A stretch of 63,044 nt of DNA, filler included, from Octopus bimaculoides (lineage: Eukaryota): NCBI RefSeq assembly GCF_001194135.2. It is 6 parts of 6 records of this genome, joined end to end, with 100 filler letters (N's around TTAATTAATTAA, not from the genome) between each part and the next. Parts side by side here need not be neighbours in the genome. Positions count along the whole stretch, not along the records: positions 32,565 to 50,976 come from NC_069005.1; 5 more parts are not named here. One strand, 5' to 3'. Below are positions 32,640 to 46,552 of this stretch, piece after piece. The first letter of the stretch is position 1, and every line of letters starts with the position of its first letter. The position numbers and the translations under genes were made by a program. Under the pieces are notes generated by a model. The model worked only from the letters and a program-made list of their open reading frames with translations, did not search any database and was not told the origin of the DNA.

Positions 32640-33127
32640 TAGAAGGTTGTGGGTGACAGTAGTACTCTGAGAGCATTCCAACTTCTGGGCCAATATTTAA
32701 ATGGATTGTTGCAATTCCTCAAGGTTTAGCTCATTCAGTTGTTCCTCATTGAACTGAACAGGTCGACTGGAATATGAAGAGTATTGGAGGTTGGATTAGC
32801 CCCTCCTTGATACATGAAAACAATTTCTGTGCAGCTCTCTCAGTAATGGCACCCTCTCTGTGCACAGCACAAATTTCTTGAGTAGCTTTGGCAGTTTTAG
32901 AGCCTTCAATAAAAGCAAAGAGAAGCAGGTGGCCAAAATGATTGTTCTTTCTACTTGGCATTCCGCTGTTAAATGTATTTATACAGATTTTAAAAACAAC
33001 AGACAAAATTTGTAGAGAAAGCAAAGTGGTGTGGTTTAAAGCCATGAAACACCACTGTAAAGATATTTTTCATGTTAATTCAAATAATATTGGAACGAAG
33101 AGAGCAAATTTATCTGACAACTCTATA
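32640..33127 (-). mobile_element. Second mariner remnant (5' TIR and N-terminal HTH)
   Basis: HFGHLLLFAFIEGSKTAKATQEICAVHREGAITERAAQK...SRPVQFNEEQLN...LAQKLECSQST matches the mariner N-terminus. Degenerate TIR TATAGAGTTGTCAGATAAATTTG at ~33105-33127. Confidence 0.8.
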
Positions 33128-33155
33128 AATATATCTAGGCATATATGGATATGCG

Positions 33156-33590
33156 TTCTTTTATTTGTTTCAGTCGTTTGCCTGTGGCCATGCTGGAGCA
33201 CTGCCTTTAGTCGAGTAAGTCAACCCCGGGACTTATTCTTTGTAAGACTAGTATTTATTCTATCAGTCTCTTTTGTCGGACCACTAAGTTACGGGGACAT
33301 AAACACACCAGCATCGGTTGTCAAGCGATGCTGGNNNNNNNNNNGGGGGGGGGGGGAGACAAGCACATACACACACACACACACACACATACATGCACAC
33401 ACACATATATATACAGGCATATATATATATATCTATACGACAGGCTTCTTTCAGTTTCTGTCTACCAAATCCCACTCACAAGTCTTTGGTCAGCGCCAGG
33501 CTATGCTAGAAGACACTTGCCCGAGGTGCCAAGCAGTGGGACTGAATCCAGAACCATATGGCTGGTAAGCAAACTACATACCACACATAG
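33156..33590 (-). mobile_element. SINE type A, near full length
   Basis: Reverse complement of the 51670-52075 pattern, with a small N gap. Confidence 0.88.
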
Positions 33591-33616
33591 GTATATCTCT
33601 TTTTTTATGTATATAT

Positions 33617-33666
<50 letters not shown>

Positions 33667-34800
33667 TGCTTATATCCAACGTTTCACATGATTATCTCTC
33701 AATATACGTAATTGTGTGTCTGTCTGTGTATGTGAGTGTCTCATCAGTATCTGAATGCAACCTCTGCCGTCACCTTCATTATTGTCATCACCACCGTCAT
33801 CTTCATCTTCATCCATAATCATCTTTGTCATCGTCATCATTGATCCTACACCAGTGCCACCGACCAGCGTCAGCCCTCACCCGCTTGACCCCCTCAACCC
33901 CTTCAAAGTCACTGAAATATTCTTGTATTCTTTTATTAAAGACCAGTTTCTTTTGATATCCTGCAATTCAATCTTAGTAATGAGTTGGTCAGTGCTGAAT
34001 GATGCTGGTCTTAGCTTCTGTGTGTGTGTGTATGTTTGCATATATATATATATATATATATATANNNNNNNNNNNNNNNNNNNNNNNNNNNNNNNNNNNN
34101 NNNNNNNNNNNNNNNNNNNNNNNNNNNNNNNNNNNNNNNNNNNNNNNNNNNNNNNNNNNNNNNNNNNNNNNNNNNNNNNNNNNNNNNNNNNNNNNNNNNN
34201 NNNNNNNNNNNNNNNNNNNNNNNNNNNNNNNNNNNNNNNNNNNNNNNNNNNNNNNNNNNNNNNNNNNNNNNNNNNNNNNNNNNNNNNNNNNNNNNNNNNN
34301 NNNNNNNNNNNNNNNNNNNNNNNNNNNNNNNNNNNNNNNNNNNNNNNNNNNNNNNNNNNNNNNNNNNNNNNNNNNNNNNNNNNNNNNNNNNNNNNNNNNN
34401 NNNNNNNNNNNNNNNNNNNNNNNNNNNNNNNNNNNNNNNNNNNNNNNNNNNNNNNNNNNNNNNNNNNNNNNNNNNNNNNNNNNNNNNNNNNNNNNNNNNN
34501 NNNNNNNNNNNNNNNNNNNNNNNNNNNNNNNNNNNNNNNNNNNNNNNNNNNNNNNNNNNNNNNNNNNNNNNNNNNNNNNNNNNNNNNNNNNNNNNNNNNN
34601 NNNNNNNNNNNNNNNNNNNNNNNNNNNNNNNNNNNNNNNNNNNNNNNNNNNNNNNNNGGGATAGAGAGAGAGATAGAAAGGCAGAAAGACAGACATGTAG
34701 TCTCCTTGTTCTCTTCGTCTTTTGGTGACGTTGTTCTTCTTCTCATCATCATCATCATTACCATTATTATTATTATTATTGTTATGTGAGTTGTGTTTAT

Positions 34801-34845
<45 letters not shown>

Positions 34846-34992
34846 ATGCGTTAGGTGGTCAAGTGTTTATTGCTTTCTATCTCTGAAATAAAGATTACAG
34901 TTGATCTAAGAAACATAAAAATGCCGACACAAATACACACACACACATTTGTAATTGTGAATGCACGCACACACACCCACACACACACACAT

Positions 34993-35029
<37 letters not shown>

Positions 35030-35229
35030 AATATATACATATCTATTTATTTATTTCTATATATATTCACAATTACAAGTATGTGTACATATATGCTATG
35101 CTAACACACACACACATAATATACATAAAGATATGATTGTAATTTTAGTATCATGTAGACATTCACACACACATGCACACCCCAAAAACACATGTGCATG
35201 CATGCACATAAACACACACACATATAAAT

Positions 35230-35417
35230 TCAGTACTGGCATGATCCTGTATTTAAGAAGTTCACTTCCATTCATATTGCTCTGAGTTCAATCTCATTGC
35301 ATGGAACCTTGAATAATTGTCTTCTGATATAGCTCTGTGCTAACAAAGGACTTGTGAGTGGTTTTGGTGGATAGTAACTACCAAAAGCCCATTGTGTGAG
35401 GATATATATACACATAC

Positions 35418-35465
<48 letters not shown>

Positions 35466-35712
35466 TCACATAAAAACACCTTTTGAGTGTTTCTGTTGTC
35501 AGAACCGCCTGATTGGCACTCATGCCGATGGCACGTCAAAGCACCCACTACACTCTCAGAGTGGTTGGCGTTAGGAAGGGCATCCAGCTGTAGAAACTTT
35601 GCCAAATCAGATTGGAGCTTGGTGCAGCCTTCTGTGTTGCCAGTCCTCAGTCAAACCGTCCAACCCATGCTAGCATGGAAAGTGGATGTTAAACGACAAT
35701 GATGATGACGAC
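35230..35712 (+). mobile_element. SINE type C (other type C bodies at ~49425-49620 + and 61498-61790 -)
   Basis: Degenerate type A head, TA tract, then GTTAGGAAGGGCATCCAGCTGTAGAAAC...CCAACCCATGCTAGCATGGAAAG...GTTAAACG(AT)GATGAT tail. Confidence 0.85.
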
Positions 35713-35723
35713 GACAATAATGG

Positions 35724-35770
<47 letters not shown>

Positions 35771-36148
35771 ATACATACATATATGTGTATATGGGTACAG
35801 GATGTCACCAATGGTGCAAATAACATGAAATACGTAAAGAAGCATGGGAAAAATGAGTGAAATACATAAATGAGAAAGAAACGGAAAACAGGACAAGGTA
35901 TCACTGAGAAAGGACCCTTCATCATTTGTCAGCTGTCTATCTACTCCTCATTTAATGCATTCAACAACAATATGAGTCTTCAAAGACAGTTGCTCCCATA
36001 AATTCTAAAATAAAATTTAGGATTTATGGAGGGTCAAAGTTGGGAACAAAAAAATGACAGTGGATGCAGACAAGGAAACCAAACGAAAACAAACTTCAAG
36101 GGTCGTTAGACCAGAAAGAGTGGAAAAATAGTGAACACTGGGAGTATG

Positions 36149-36264
<116 letters not shown>

Positions 36265-36469
36265 GATATATATATATGTATAGTTTCTGTCTACCAAATC
36301 CATGCACTAAACTTTTGGTCAACTTGGAACTATAGTAGAAGACACTTACCCAATGTGCCATGCAGTGGAACTGAACCCAGAACCATGTGGTTGGTAAGCA
36401 AGCTACTTACCACACAGCCACTCCTGCACCTGTTTATATGAAAATGAAAAAAATATTCACCTCAATAGA

Positions 36470-36915
36470 TAGAACATAGTACATGAAACTGAAGCCAGTA
36501 AACTATCATAGTATGCCAGTGGTGCGCTACAAGACAGAAACTTGGACAATGTATTGAACAGTGAAGAAGATAGAAGCCTTTCACAGATTAGACACAATAA
36601 ACAGGAAAGCCATAGTAAGCAATGCTGTAGTACTAGTATAGCTGAAAATCTAAAGGCACCTGTTGTTGTGAATCAAGTCCACAGAACTGTCATATTTTGG
36701 ACATACAACAAACCCCTTCCCAAGACCATCTTGACAGGAAGTGCGGAGGGGTAATAAGCAAGGGACTGTCAAAACTGTTTTGTAGATTGCCGACATCATT
36801 GAATGGACTGGAAAAAAAGACTCTGGCCGAATGTATGTGAAGTGGCACTCCACAGAAGGAAATGGAGAGTTTAGACAAGCTGACCCCTGGACACAGGGAA
36901 TGTTGATGATTGATG
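36470..36915 (+). mobile_element. RTE-clade LINE 3' fragment
   Basis: Degenerate ETWT...KKIEAFH...YFGH...LPKTILTGSAEG...IIEWTGK...DRRKWR pattern typical of the RTE C-terminus; ends in a GAT-type repeat. Confidence 0.7.
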
Positions 36916-36972
36916 TTATATATATATAGATATGAATGTATCTATGTGCATATCTGTATATATATAATATAC

Positions 36973-37010
<38 letters not shown>

Positions 37011-37414
37011 GACACACACACAAGCACACATATATAAAAGCTCATGTAATAGGTATTATAGTTATGCTTTGTAGATATATTTACACACACACACACACAC
37101 ACACACATATAGATAGATAGACATACATATTTATGTTCAAAAATTTATATAGTTATACATCATTACCATATCTTTCTTTTCTTTTCATCTCATTCTTATA
37201 TATATATATTTTTTCTTTTTCTTTTTTTGCTGTCCACTCTTGTTGTTCATCTGCCCCTTCATGTTGCAGATTTTTATTTTCACTCCTTTTGCTCTTACAA
37301 AAAAATTGTTATTCAGTTAAATTACAGGGAAGAAGGTGGCCTGATGTGTCACTTTATACACATAAATAAACATGTTTCTCCCTTTCTTACCCTCCCCATG
37401 CTCACACACACACA

Positions 37415-37450
<36 letters not shown>

Positions 37451-37509
37451 AACACAAACATATTATGTCATGTATTAGATATGTTATATCATAATATCAT
37501 CTATTATAT

Positions 37510-37615
<106 letters not shown>

Positions 37616-37902
37616 GCACATTGGCTGCTCTTTGTTCCTTCCCTCTGTTGTGTTTTTATTCTCTGAGTTCAACTCATTTTAGGTTGCCTGAAGTATTGAC
37701 TGGTAATGTGAAACGTTGTCAACTTGGCATGTATGTATGAATGTGTGTGTGTGTGTGTGTGTCTGTTTATATAAATATATATATTCAGAAAGAGAGAGAG
37801 AGAGAGAGAGTGATACATATATACACACATACATATATATACACACGCACATATATACATATTTATATACATATATACTTATATACATATATATGTATGT
37901 TA

Positions 37903-37950
<48 letters not shown>

Positions 37951-39205
37951 CATATATATGCTCACAAATACACTTTTGGTGTGTGTCTTCTGCTATAACC
38001 TTAAATGGACCAACGCTTTGTGAAGGAAATTCAATTGATAGGAATGGTATTGAAGCCCGTTCGTATGTGTGTGTAAATGTGTACGTGTTCATGTGTGTGT
38101 GTGTGAGTGCACACGTGCGCATCTTTCATCTTTTACTTGTTTCAGTCATTAGACTGCAGCCATCCTGGGGCATTGCGATGTTGGGTTCATTCACACAGAT
38201 AAACCCCAGTACTGGCATTCATTCTCTTGGACTTTTTTTTTTTTTTTTTTTTGCCAAATTGCAAAGCTATGGGGAAATGCTTAGTGGTATTTTGGTAAAA
38301 TGATGAGGAGGATGGGTATGAAAATCATCCTCCTCCTCCACCTTATCATCATCCTCATCATGATGAGCATCACCACTTCTATCACCATCATCATCATTAT
38401 AATCTTACATCCATCTTTTATGCTTCAGTGAATCAGATAGATCGTCAGTCCAAGTCTAGTAATACTTGGAGCTACCGCTTCTCCTTAGACAAGTTGGAAC
38501 AACCCATTTCATTTGGAATTTCCATTTTTGACACGGTTTCATCAGCGGGATGCCCTCCCTAACACCAGCTACTTTATGGAGTAAATTAATTGCATTTTTA
38601 GCCTTACATCTACACCAGAGGGGTCGACTTGTTCTTGGCAAAACTAAAGAATCCTTTTTATCATATGTCATAAAAGTTCATTCACCAACCACTTAACAGA
38701 GAGTATAGCATGCTTGTTACTGCAGCACCTACACTAGAGAGGTACATTGTTCTCAGCAGGACAAATGAGTCCTTTTTATTTATCATTAAGTTTCTTTCAG
38801 CAAACACAGTACAGAGTGTGTTGGGTGCATTTTCTATTGTGGAATCCAAACTGGGGAGGTTGTCAAGTTCCCAGCTATATCCATATGTGTTTAGCAGCTT
38901 CTGTCCATAGGTGGAGGAGACCTGCACAGGAAGGAAAATAAATAAATGGTTGAAGAAGTCCTGAGCTGTTATTTCTGCTGCTGCGGCTGCTACTGCTGCT
39001 GTTCCCTCCTGTCATGAGTGACTCATCAAGTGATGTCTTTTAATCAATGCAGGTGTGTTTGTGTGTGTGTGTGCGTGTGTGTGTGTGTGTTTGTGAGATG
39101 CTAAGATGGTGTTGTACATATTGTAATGTGCGATGCGTGTATTTATGTGCCTGTATATGTGTAAGTATATGTGTGTGCGTGTGTGTATGTGTATGTATGT
39201 ATTCA

Positions 39206-39268
<63 letters not shown>

Positions 39269-39599
39269 GTATACATATATATGTATGTATGTATGTGTCG
39301 ATGTACATATATATATGTATGTATGTATATAAATATGTATGTATGTATACATATATATGTATGTATGTATGTGTCGATGTACATATATATATGTATGTAT
39401 GTATATAAATATATATGCCTGTATACATATATATATATATGTGTGTATGTATGTATATATATATATATATANNNNNNNNNNNNNNNNNNNNNNNNNNNNN
39501 NNNNNNNNNNNNNNNNNNNNNNNNNNNNNNNNNNNNNNNNNNNNNNNNNNNNNNNNNNNNNNNNNNNNNNNNNNNNNNNNNNNNNNNNNNNNNNNATAA

Positions 39600-39645
<46 letters not shown>

Positions 39646-40951
39646 CTAACTATTGAATGTAGATCAGCAGTAGTTTGTGGAGATCAAATGAAAGTCTGAA
39701 AGACAGCGAAATCTATAGAATGGAGGGAAGGAAGGGGGTGGGGGTAATAGAGAAATAATAGGTGAGGAGGAGGAGGAGTAAGAGAGCAAGAGAGAGAGAG
39801 AGAGAGAGAGAGAAAGAAAGAGATGGGGGTCAGGGAGTGATTCACTTATGTCTGGTGGTTGGTTCCTTCTGTTAGTTCTTTTCAGCATTTGCAGAAATGG
39901 TGCCAAAAACCACCTGTACACACACACACATTTACAACTATGTATACACATATGAATTATACATGTAAATATGTATGCCATGACATGATGAAGATGATGA
40001 TGATGATGATGATGATAGTGACAAAGCTGACAATGAATGGTGAAGGTGGTGTTGGTGTTGGTGATGGTGATGATGACGATGATGATGACGATGGGTTGAT
40101 GGTGACGATGGTATGGGTAGTGGTTGCAATTATGATGGTGGAAGAAGCACTGGTTGATGAGGACGGTGATGAGGACATGATGATGACAATGATGATGGTG
40201 GTGGTGGTGGTGGTGGTGGCAATAACGAAATAACGATGCCAATGAGGATAAGTGAAATAAGATACTCAGGGTGGTGACAATGATGCTGGTAAAGGAAAAG
40301 GATGATAGTGACAACAACATTGACGATGATGAAGATGATGACAAGAACGATGACGATGAGTTATGATAATGATGATAGTAATGGTGGTGGTGGTGGTGGT
40401 GGTGGTGGTAGTGGTTGCGATAATGATGATGATAAGGGGATTATGGAGAAAATTTACAGATGATGACAGTGGCTGTGATGATGATGATGATGATGATAAT
40501 GATGATGATGATGGGATGATGATGATGATGATGATGATGGTGGTGGTAGTGGTGAAGGTGATGACGATAATGGTGATGAGTATGAAGAAGATGGTGGTGA
40601 TGATGATGATGGTGGTGGTGTTGGAGGTGATGATGATGATGGTGATGCTGATGAGTATGAAGAAAATGGTGATGTTGATGAAGCAGGCGTGGGTGAAGAT
40701 TATGAAGGTGGTGGTGATGCTGGATGACAATGAAGGTGATGCTGATAATGTAGATGAGGGTGATAATGATGACGATGATGATGCTAATGAGGATGACGAT
40801 GGTGATGATGGTGATGATGATGATGATGATGATGCAGATGGTAGTGGGGGTTGGTGAAGGTGATGCTGATGATGCATATGATGGTGATGATGATGATGCT
40901 GATGACAGCATCTAATTATACTTAATCTCAGCAGCGTAGTGTATGTGTGTG

Positions 40952-40992
<41 letters not shown>

Positions 40993-41621
40993 GATGTACG
41001 TGCCAGATAACAGGGTATGTGAGTTTGGTAAGAAGCATCCCTGTACCTAAGGAATTTTTGGTAAGATTTGATCGATTGGGTACACTGGGATGTTTCTGTA
41101 CAAATGGGGTGGAGAAGGGTATTTTACCGATATATTACAGATATCCCACACCAACCTTTTTGTTGATCATTTACTTCATTCTTCCTCTGGCACCCTCAAA
41201 CCTTTCTGCTCCATTTTCATCTGATTTTCATTTTTTAATATATTTTTTAAAAAAATTTCTTTATGTCTTCTTTTAGTTTATATGTTCGTTTAGTCGTTCT
41301 GCAATGCTCCTACATGTTTCACCTTGTTTGTTTACTGTTATTTCTTCCTCACTTACTCGTTAACCCCCAACCCCTGACTACCATCCTTTTATAAATTTAC
41401 GCCCTCCAACGTCACGCCCCATCGATGCTGTTAATAGAATTAAGGCAGAGATAAGGGCTTTCAAACCATCCTCCCCCCACCACTACCACCACCTGGAAGG
41501 TGATTGTTGTAATAGGTGCAGATATGCATTGCAGCTGGGGGAGGAGGAGGAGGTGCAGGATTGTGACCAGTTATTCTTATCATTTGTATCATATTTGACA
41601 TTATTATTTAGTTGTTGTTTT

Positions 41622-41707
<86 letters not shown>

Positions 41708-42232
41708 TTATATAAGGGCATTACTATACAAGAATGCCTCATGCTAAGAGGGACTCTAAAAGTCAAACTACCATAATAAACACATTTTTACTGATCGCAA
41801 GGGAAGGCAACTCTCAAAGCTAACCCCCTAAAAACTTTTAACTTAACAGTAAACCAATGGTTTCATGATCAATGCAGTAATCTGCACCTTTTACTCATCA
41901 GTACATGTATGGTCAAGACACATAAAAATAAACAAAACTCAACATACCAGACGAACACTATTTATATATATATATATATATATAAACAAGGGTATCTCCA
42001 AAAACATGACTCTAAAGCCACCTCATGTATTCAATGTTGATGTCGAAGGAACATGGTTGTACACATTTGACTGCTATTTCTAGCATGGTGGTATCTCTTA
42101 GATACCCTTATTTATACTTTTGATAATAATTATAACCTGTAAGGCATTTTCTTCTCATGCTGCCACTTGATTTGATCGTTATTTTAATAATGATCTTATC
42201 CTTATATATATATATTTATATATATAATAAGC

Positions 42233-42705
42233 GCAGGCATGGCTGCATGGTGAAAAGTTTGCTTCCGAACCACATGGTTCCGGGTTCAGTCCCACTGCAT
42301 GGCACTTTGGGCAAGTGACTTCTACTGTAGTCTCAGGTCGACCAAGGCCTTGAGAGTGGATATGGTAGATGGATTGGTTCTCATGCCAGTGACATGTGAA
42401 AAGCAGCATTCGACCATGATCGTTGCCAGCGTTGCCTTACCGGCACATGTGCTGGTGGCATGTGAAAAACAGCATTCGAGTATGGTCGTTGCCAGTGCCG
42501 GCAGACTGGCTTCCGTGCAGGTAGCATGTAAAAATATCTTTTGAGTGTAAGCGTGGTCGTTGCCAGAACCACTTTACTAGCCTTCATGCCGGTGGCGCGT
42601 AAAAAGCACCCACTACACTCTCAGAGTGGTTGGCGTTAGGGAGAACATCCAGCTGTAGAAACTTTGCCAGACCATACTGAACCTGGTGCCGCCTCTGGCT
42701 CACTA
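42233..42705 (+). mobile_element. SINE type C: type A head joined to a different body with ~60-70 bp subrepeats
   Basis: Type A head followed by three (CG)TGGTCGTTGCCAG...GGCATGTGAAAA-like units, then CACCCACTACACTCTCAGAGTGGTTGGCGTTAGG...CATCCAGCTGTAGAAAC. Confidence 0.85.
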
Positions 42706-42957
42706 GTAGTACACGTGTGATTGGTCGCTGTATGAAATTGTTTAAAGGACAATCTCTCCTGTAAAAGGTTTCAAACACACAGAAAACCCAGAAAGGTTTT
42801 TACTTCCCTCTCAATGTATAAGTAATAAATGAAGAATGGAGTACATGGCATTACATTTCTTCCATTGTTTACAATTGTTTCATCAACGTGCAAGCGACAC
42901 TTTCACCGACACACAATCTTTTGAATTATTTTTACACACATTGAAATATCAATGTTA

Positions 42958-43007
<50 letters not shown>

Positions 43008-43154
43008 ACACATATATATATGCATATAATGATATGATATACATACATTCATGTTGAGTTACACACACCTGAATGACAATGCTTTGATATAGACACACCT
43101 GTTGAATTATTTTATACACTGCAAAATGCAATGGAATGATTATATATATATATT

Positions 43155-43186
<32 letters not shown>

Positions 43187-43486
43187 TAAGTATATATATG
43201 CTTCTTGAATTTTTTTACAGACACCTAAATGATGATAATGAAATGTATGGTATATGCATACAATATATATATATATACGTTTATAATATATATTCATTAC
43301 CATCAAACTATTTCATTCCTTCTTTGATGTTGATGTTATACCTGATATACACGCGTACGTGATGAAAGCTTTCAAACACAATTATGAATAACAACAACCA
43401 TAATATATATATGGCACACATACATGTACACCTTTTGAACTCTTCCATACTTATTCGATGATGTCATGTACAATATATATATATAT

Positions 43487-43539
<53 letters not shown>

Positions 43540-43678
43540 NNNNNNNNNNATATGTATGTATATATGAGTGTATGTATTAATATATAGATAGATAGATATA
43601 TACATATATATATACATACATATAGATATATGTGTGTATATATATACATATACATGCATATATATATATATATACTTA

Positions 43679-43719
<41 letters not shown>

Positions 43720-43800
43720 CTATCTATCTATCTATCTATCTAAATGTATGCTAAATGTATGCATGTGTATATACACACACACATGCACACACACACACAG

Positions 43801-43918
<118 letters not shown>

Positions 43919-44218
43919 GCACATGCACGTATGTATAAATTTATACACACACGCACACACACACATATATATGTACTTGTACATTCACACACACACACTG
44001 TTGAATTTTTCATACCTACATCCAGCACGAATGACAGCGATGCATGCTTCATATAGATAGGGATCTTTTGAATTATTTCATAGTTATGTGGATGTCGATG
44101 ACAGGAAAAAAAAAAGAAAAAAACTTGTCACCATTTTACACAAAGACTTTCTGAAGACTTTCCCCTAAAATGCTATCCTATTGTATCATATTTCTGTGAC
44201 ACACATGTGTTCCCCTTT

Positions 44219-44262
<44 letters not shown>

Positions 44263-44749
44263 ATTTATTGTTGCTATACATTCTTCTGTTTGGTTCTCTT
44301 AGCTCTTGGAGCAAGGAAGGAGTTTTTTTTCCACTGCTGTTGTTGGAATGTAACTGTTTTTTAGGGTTTTTTCTCTTCCATCACGAACTGTTTTTTTTTT
44401 GTTTCAATGGAGTACCTTGCTTCACAAGAACTGTAAGACTGCGTTTCTTGTTCATCTCAACTGCTACCAACATACCACGACAACAATAGTTGTGACGATG
44501 ATGACAATGGTGATGACAATGATGATGACGACTACCACCAGAAATACCATCACAGCCGCTACTAACCTCATGACTACCGTTACCAATGAAGTACCTTGCT
44601 TCACAAGAATCATAAGACTGCTTTTCTCGGACATCTCGACTGTAACCATCATACCACACTGACGACAATTACCACCACCACCACCGCCACCACCATAGAC
44701 AGTACTAATGCCCCTACTACTACCACCAGTCACATCACAACCACTACCA

Positions 44750-45125
44750 ATATTATGATTACCCCTGGGCAGTAGGGTTGTGGCAATTTTGGAAGAAGCG
44801 ATCCCCTTTTGCTGGCATACTTTTGCAAGGGGGGAGTTTAGTTATGAATATTTTACCAGTTCCTCCTGGGGCATCTAGAAAGAAAATAGCTCCTTTGCAT
44901 TCACGAATGAAACTGTAGATGGTGCTATATGCGTGCTGCTGGTCCTGAAACAACTTGGGTCGTTCCTGTAAGAATATTTCTCTTGTGCAACTTTTGACTT
45001 TTTTGCAAAACGTGGGGTGTCCCTTCAGTTTTATAAATTTCTTTTCTCCTAGAAGGGGGTATCTCTAGGCATCGGTAATGTGGCAGTGACCTTCCTGGGT
45101 AAATTTGCCATTTAGTAAAAAAAAT
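44750..45125 (-). mobile_element. Helitron RepHel helicase fragment (PIF1-like motif I/Ia)
   Basis: DQQHAYSTI...GAIFFLDAPGGTGKIF...IATTLLPRG matches Helitron FFLDAPGGTGKTF...IAATLLxGG; frameshifted. Confidence 0.82.
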
Positions 45126-45218
45126 TTTATCCAAATCGGATGAAAAATGTGGAAACATAAAAAGCACACACACATACACACACACACACAGACATTTTGA
45201 GTTTTATAGATATAGAAG

Positions 45219-45259
<41 letters not shown>

Positions 45260-45804
45260 GGAGTCTAAATATCTATGCAAGGCATTTTGATAATAGTTGG
45301 AATAAGAGTCACAAGAAAAGCAGGAAAAGAATGAAAAGTAGCTGTGTGCATGATGGAAGTGGTTGCCGAAAGATTCTCTTGTTATGGTTCAAAAGACAGG
45401 AGTTAAACTGGAAGCCAGGAGAAGAAAATGGAGCAGTGCTTTGGCCACCACTGGTGACCCACCGAAAGGAAGGGTATTAGGGATCAGGGTCAAAATTGAT
45501 TGGCTGGTATTGTCTGATGACATCAATTCCTCCTGGTCAAAAGCTATCCATATTAATTCTTGCTTCTTGACTGGAGGCATTTTGATCTGGTCATTTACTG
45601 TACACTTAATTCTCTAACATAACACCACCACCACCACCACCACCAACACCACTACTAGTAGTAGTAGAAGAAGAAAATGTAGTACCCACACTCCCTCTCC
45701 CTCCTACTCTCCACACACACACGTCACATGACATCTCATTCCATATGTTTAAATATTTGGTGAACTTTCATTTGTGAAATTCATAAGTTCCAGTCAACAT
45801 TTAT

Positions 45805-46140
45805 GATGGAGTGGCTGTGTGGTAAGAAGCTTGGTTCCCAACCACATGGTTCTGGGTTCAGTCCCACTGTGTGGCACCTTGGGCAACTGTCTTCTACTAT
45901 AGCCTTGGGGTGACCAAAGCCTTGTGAGTGGATTTGGTAGATGGAAACTGAAAGAAGCCCGTCATATACATACACTTGACAACGAATGTTGGTGTGTTTA
46001 TGTTCCCATAAATTAGTGGTTTGGCAAAAGCGACCGATAGAATAAGTACTAGGCTTACAAAAAATAAGTCCTGGGGGTCAATTTGTTCAACTCCAGCATG
46101 GCCGCAGTCAAATGACAAAAACAAGTAAAAGAAGAATAAA
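45805..46140 (+). mobile_element. SINE type A
   Basis: Head GAGTGGCTGTGTGGTAAG through tail CAGCATGGCCGCAGTCAAATGAC. Confidence 0.88.
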
Positions 46141-46514
46141 AGAAGAATTTATACATATATACACATATATACATACATACATGCATACATTCATACATAC
46201 ATACATACATACAGACAGACAGACATGGAGGGAGAAATAGCTAGATTGATAGACTGAGTTTTTTTCACCCTGGACCCTAACGCCCTTTCTTTGGTGGGGG
46301 TCACCAGTGGTGCACATTTTAGAGAAACAGATAGATAGACAAATAGATAGGAAGCGGTGGGAGGAGAAATAGATAGAGAGATTGATAGATCCATAGACAG
46401 ATAGACGGATCGATGGAGATGGATAAGTAGAGAAACGGATACACAAAGAGATAGAACTGTAGAAAATATGCTTCATTATAGCATGGCCGATGAGAGAAAC
46501 CAGTAAAAGAAAGA

Positions 46515-46552
<38 letters not shown>

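Noticed and set aside
38682-38921. Strong acceptor followed by an 80-codon ORF (VSSTYGQKLLNTYGYSW...)
   Set aside because: No recognisable domain or good donor, and it overlaps a local ~114-bp degenerate duplication. Cannot be supported without RNA data.
45464-45599. Candidate minus-strand exon NDQIKMPPVKKQELIW...PNTLPFG
   Set aside because: Its 3' end and donor are part of a repeat also found inverted at 46267-46311; no recognisable homology.
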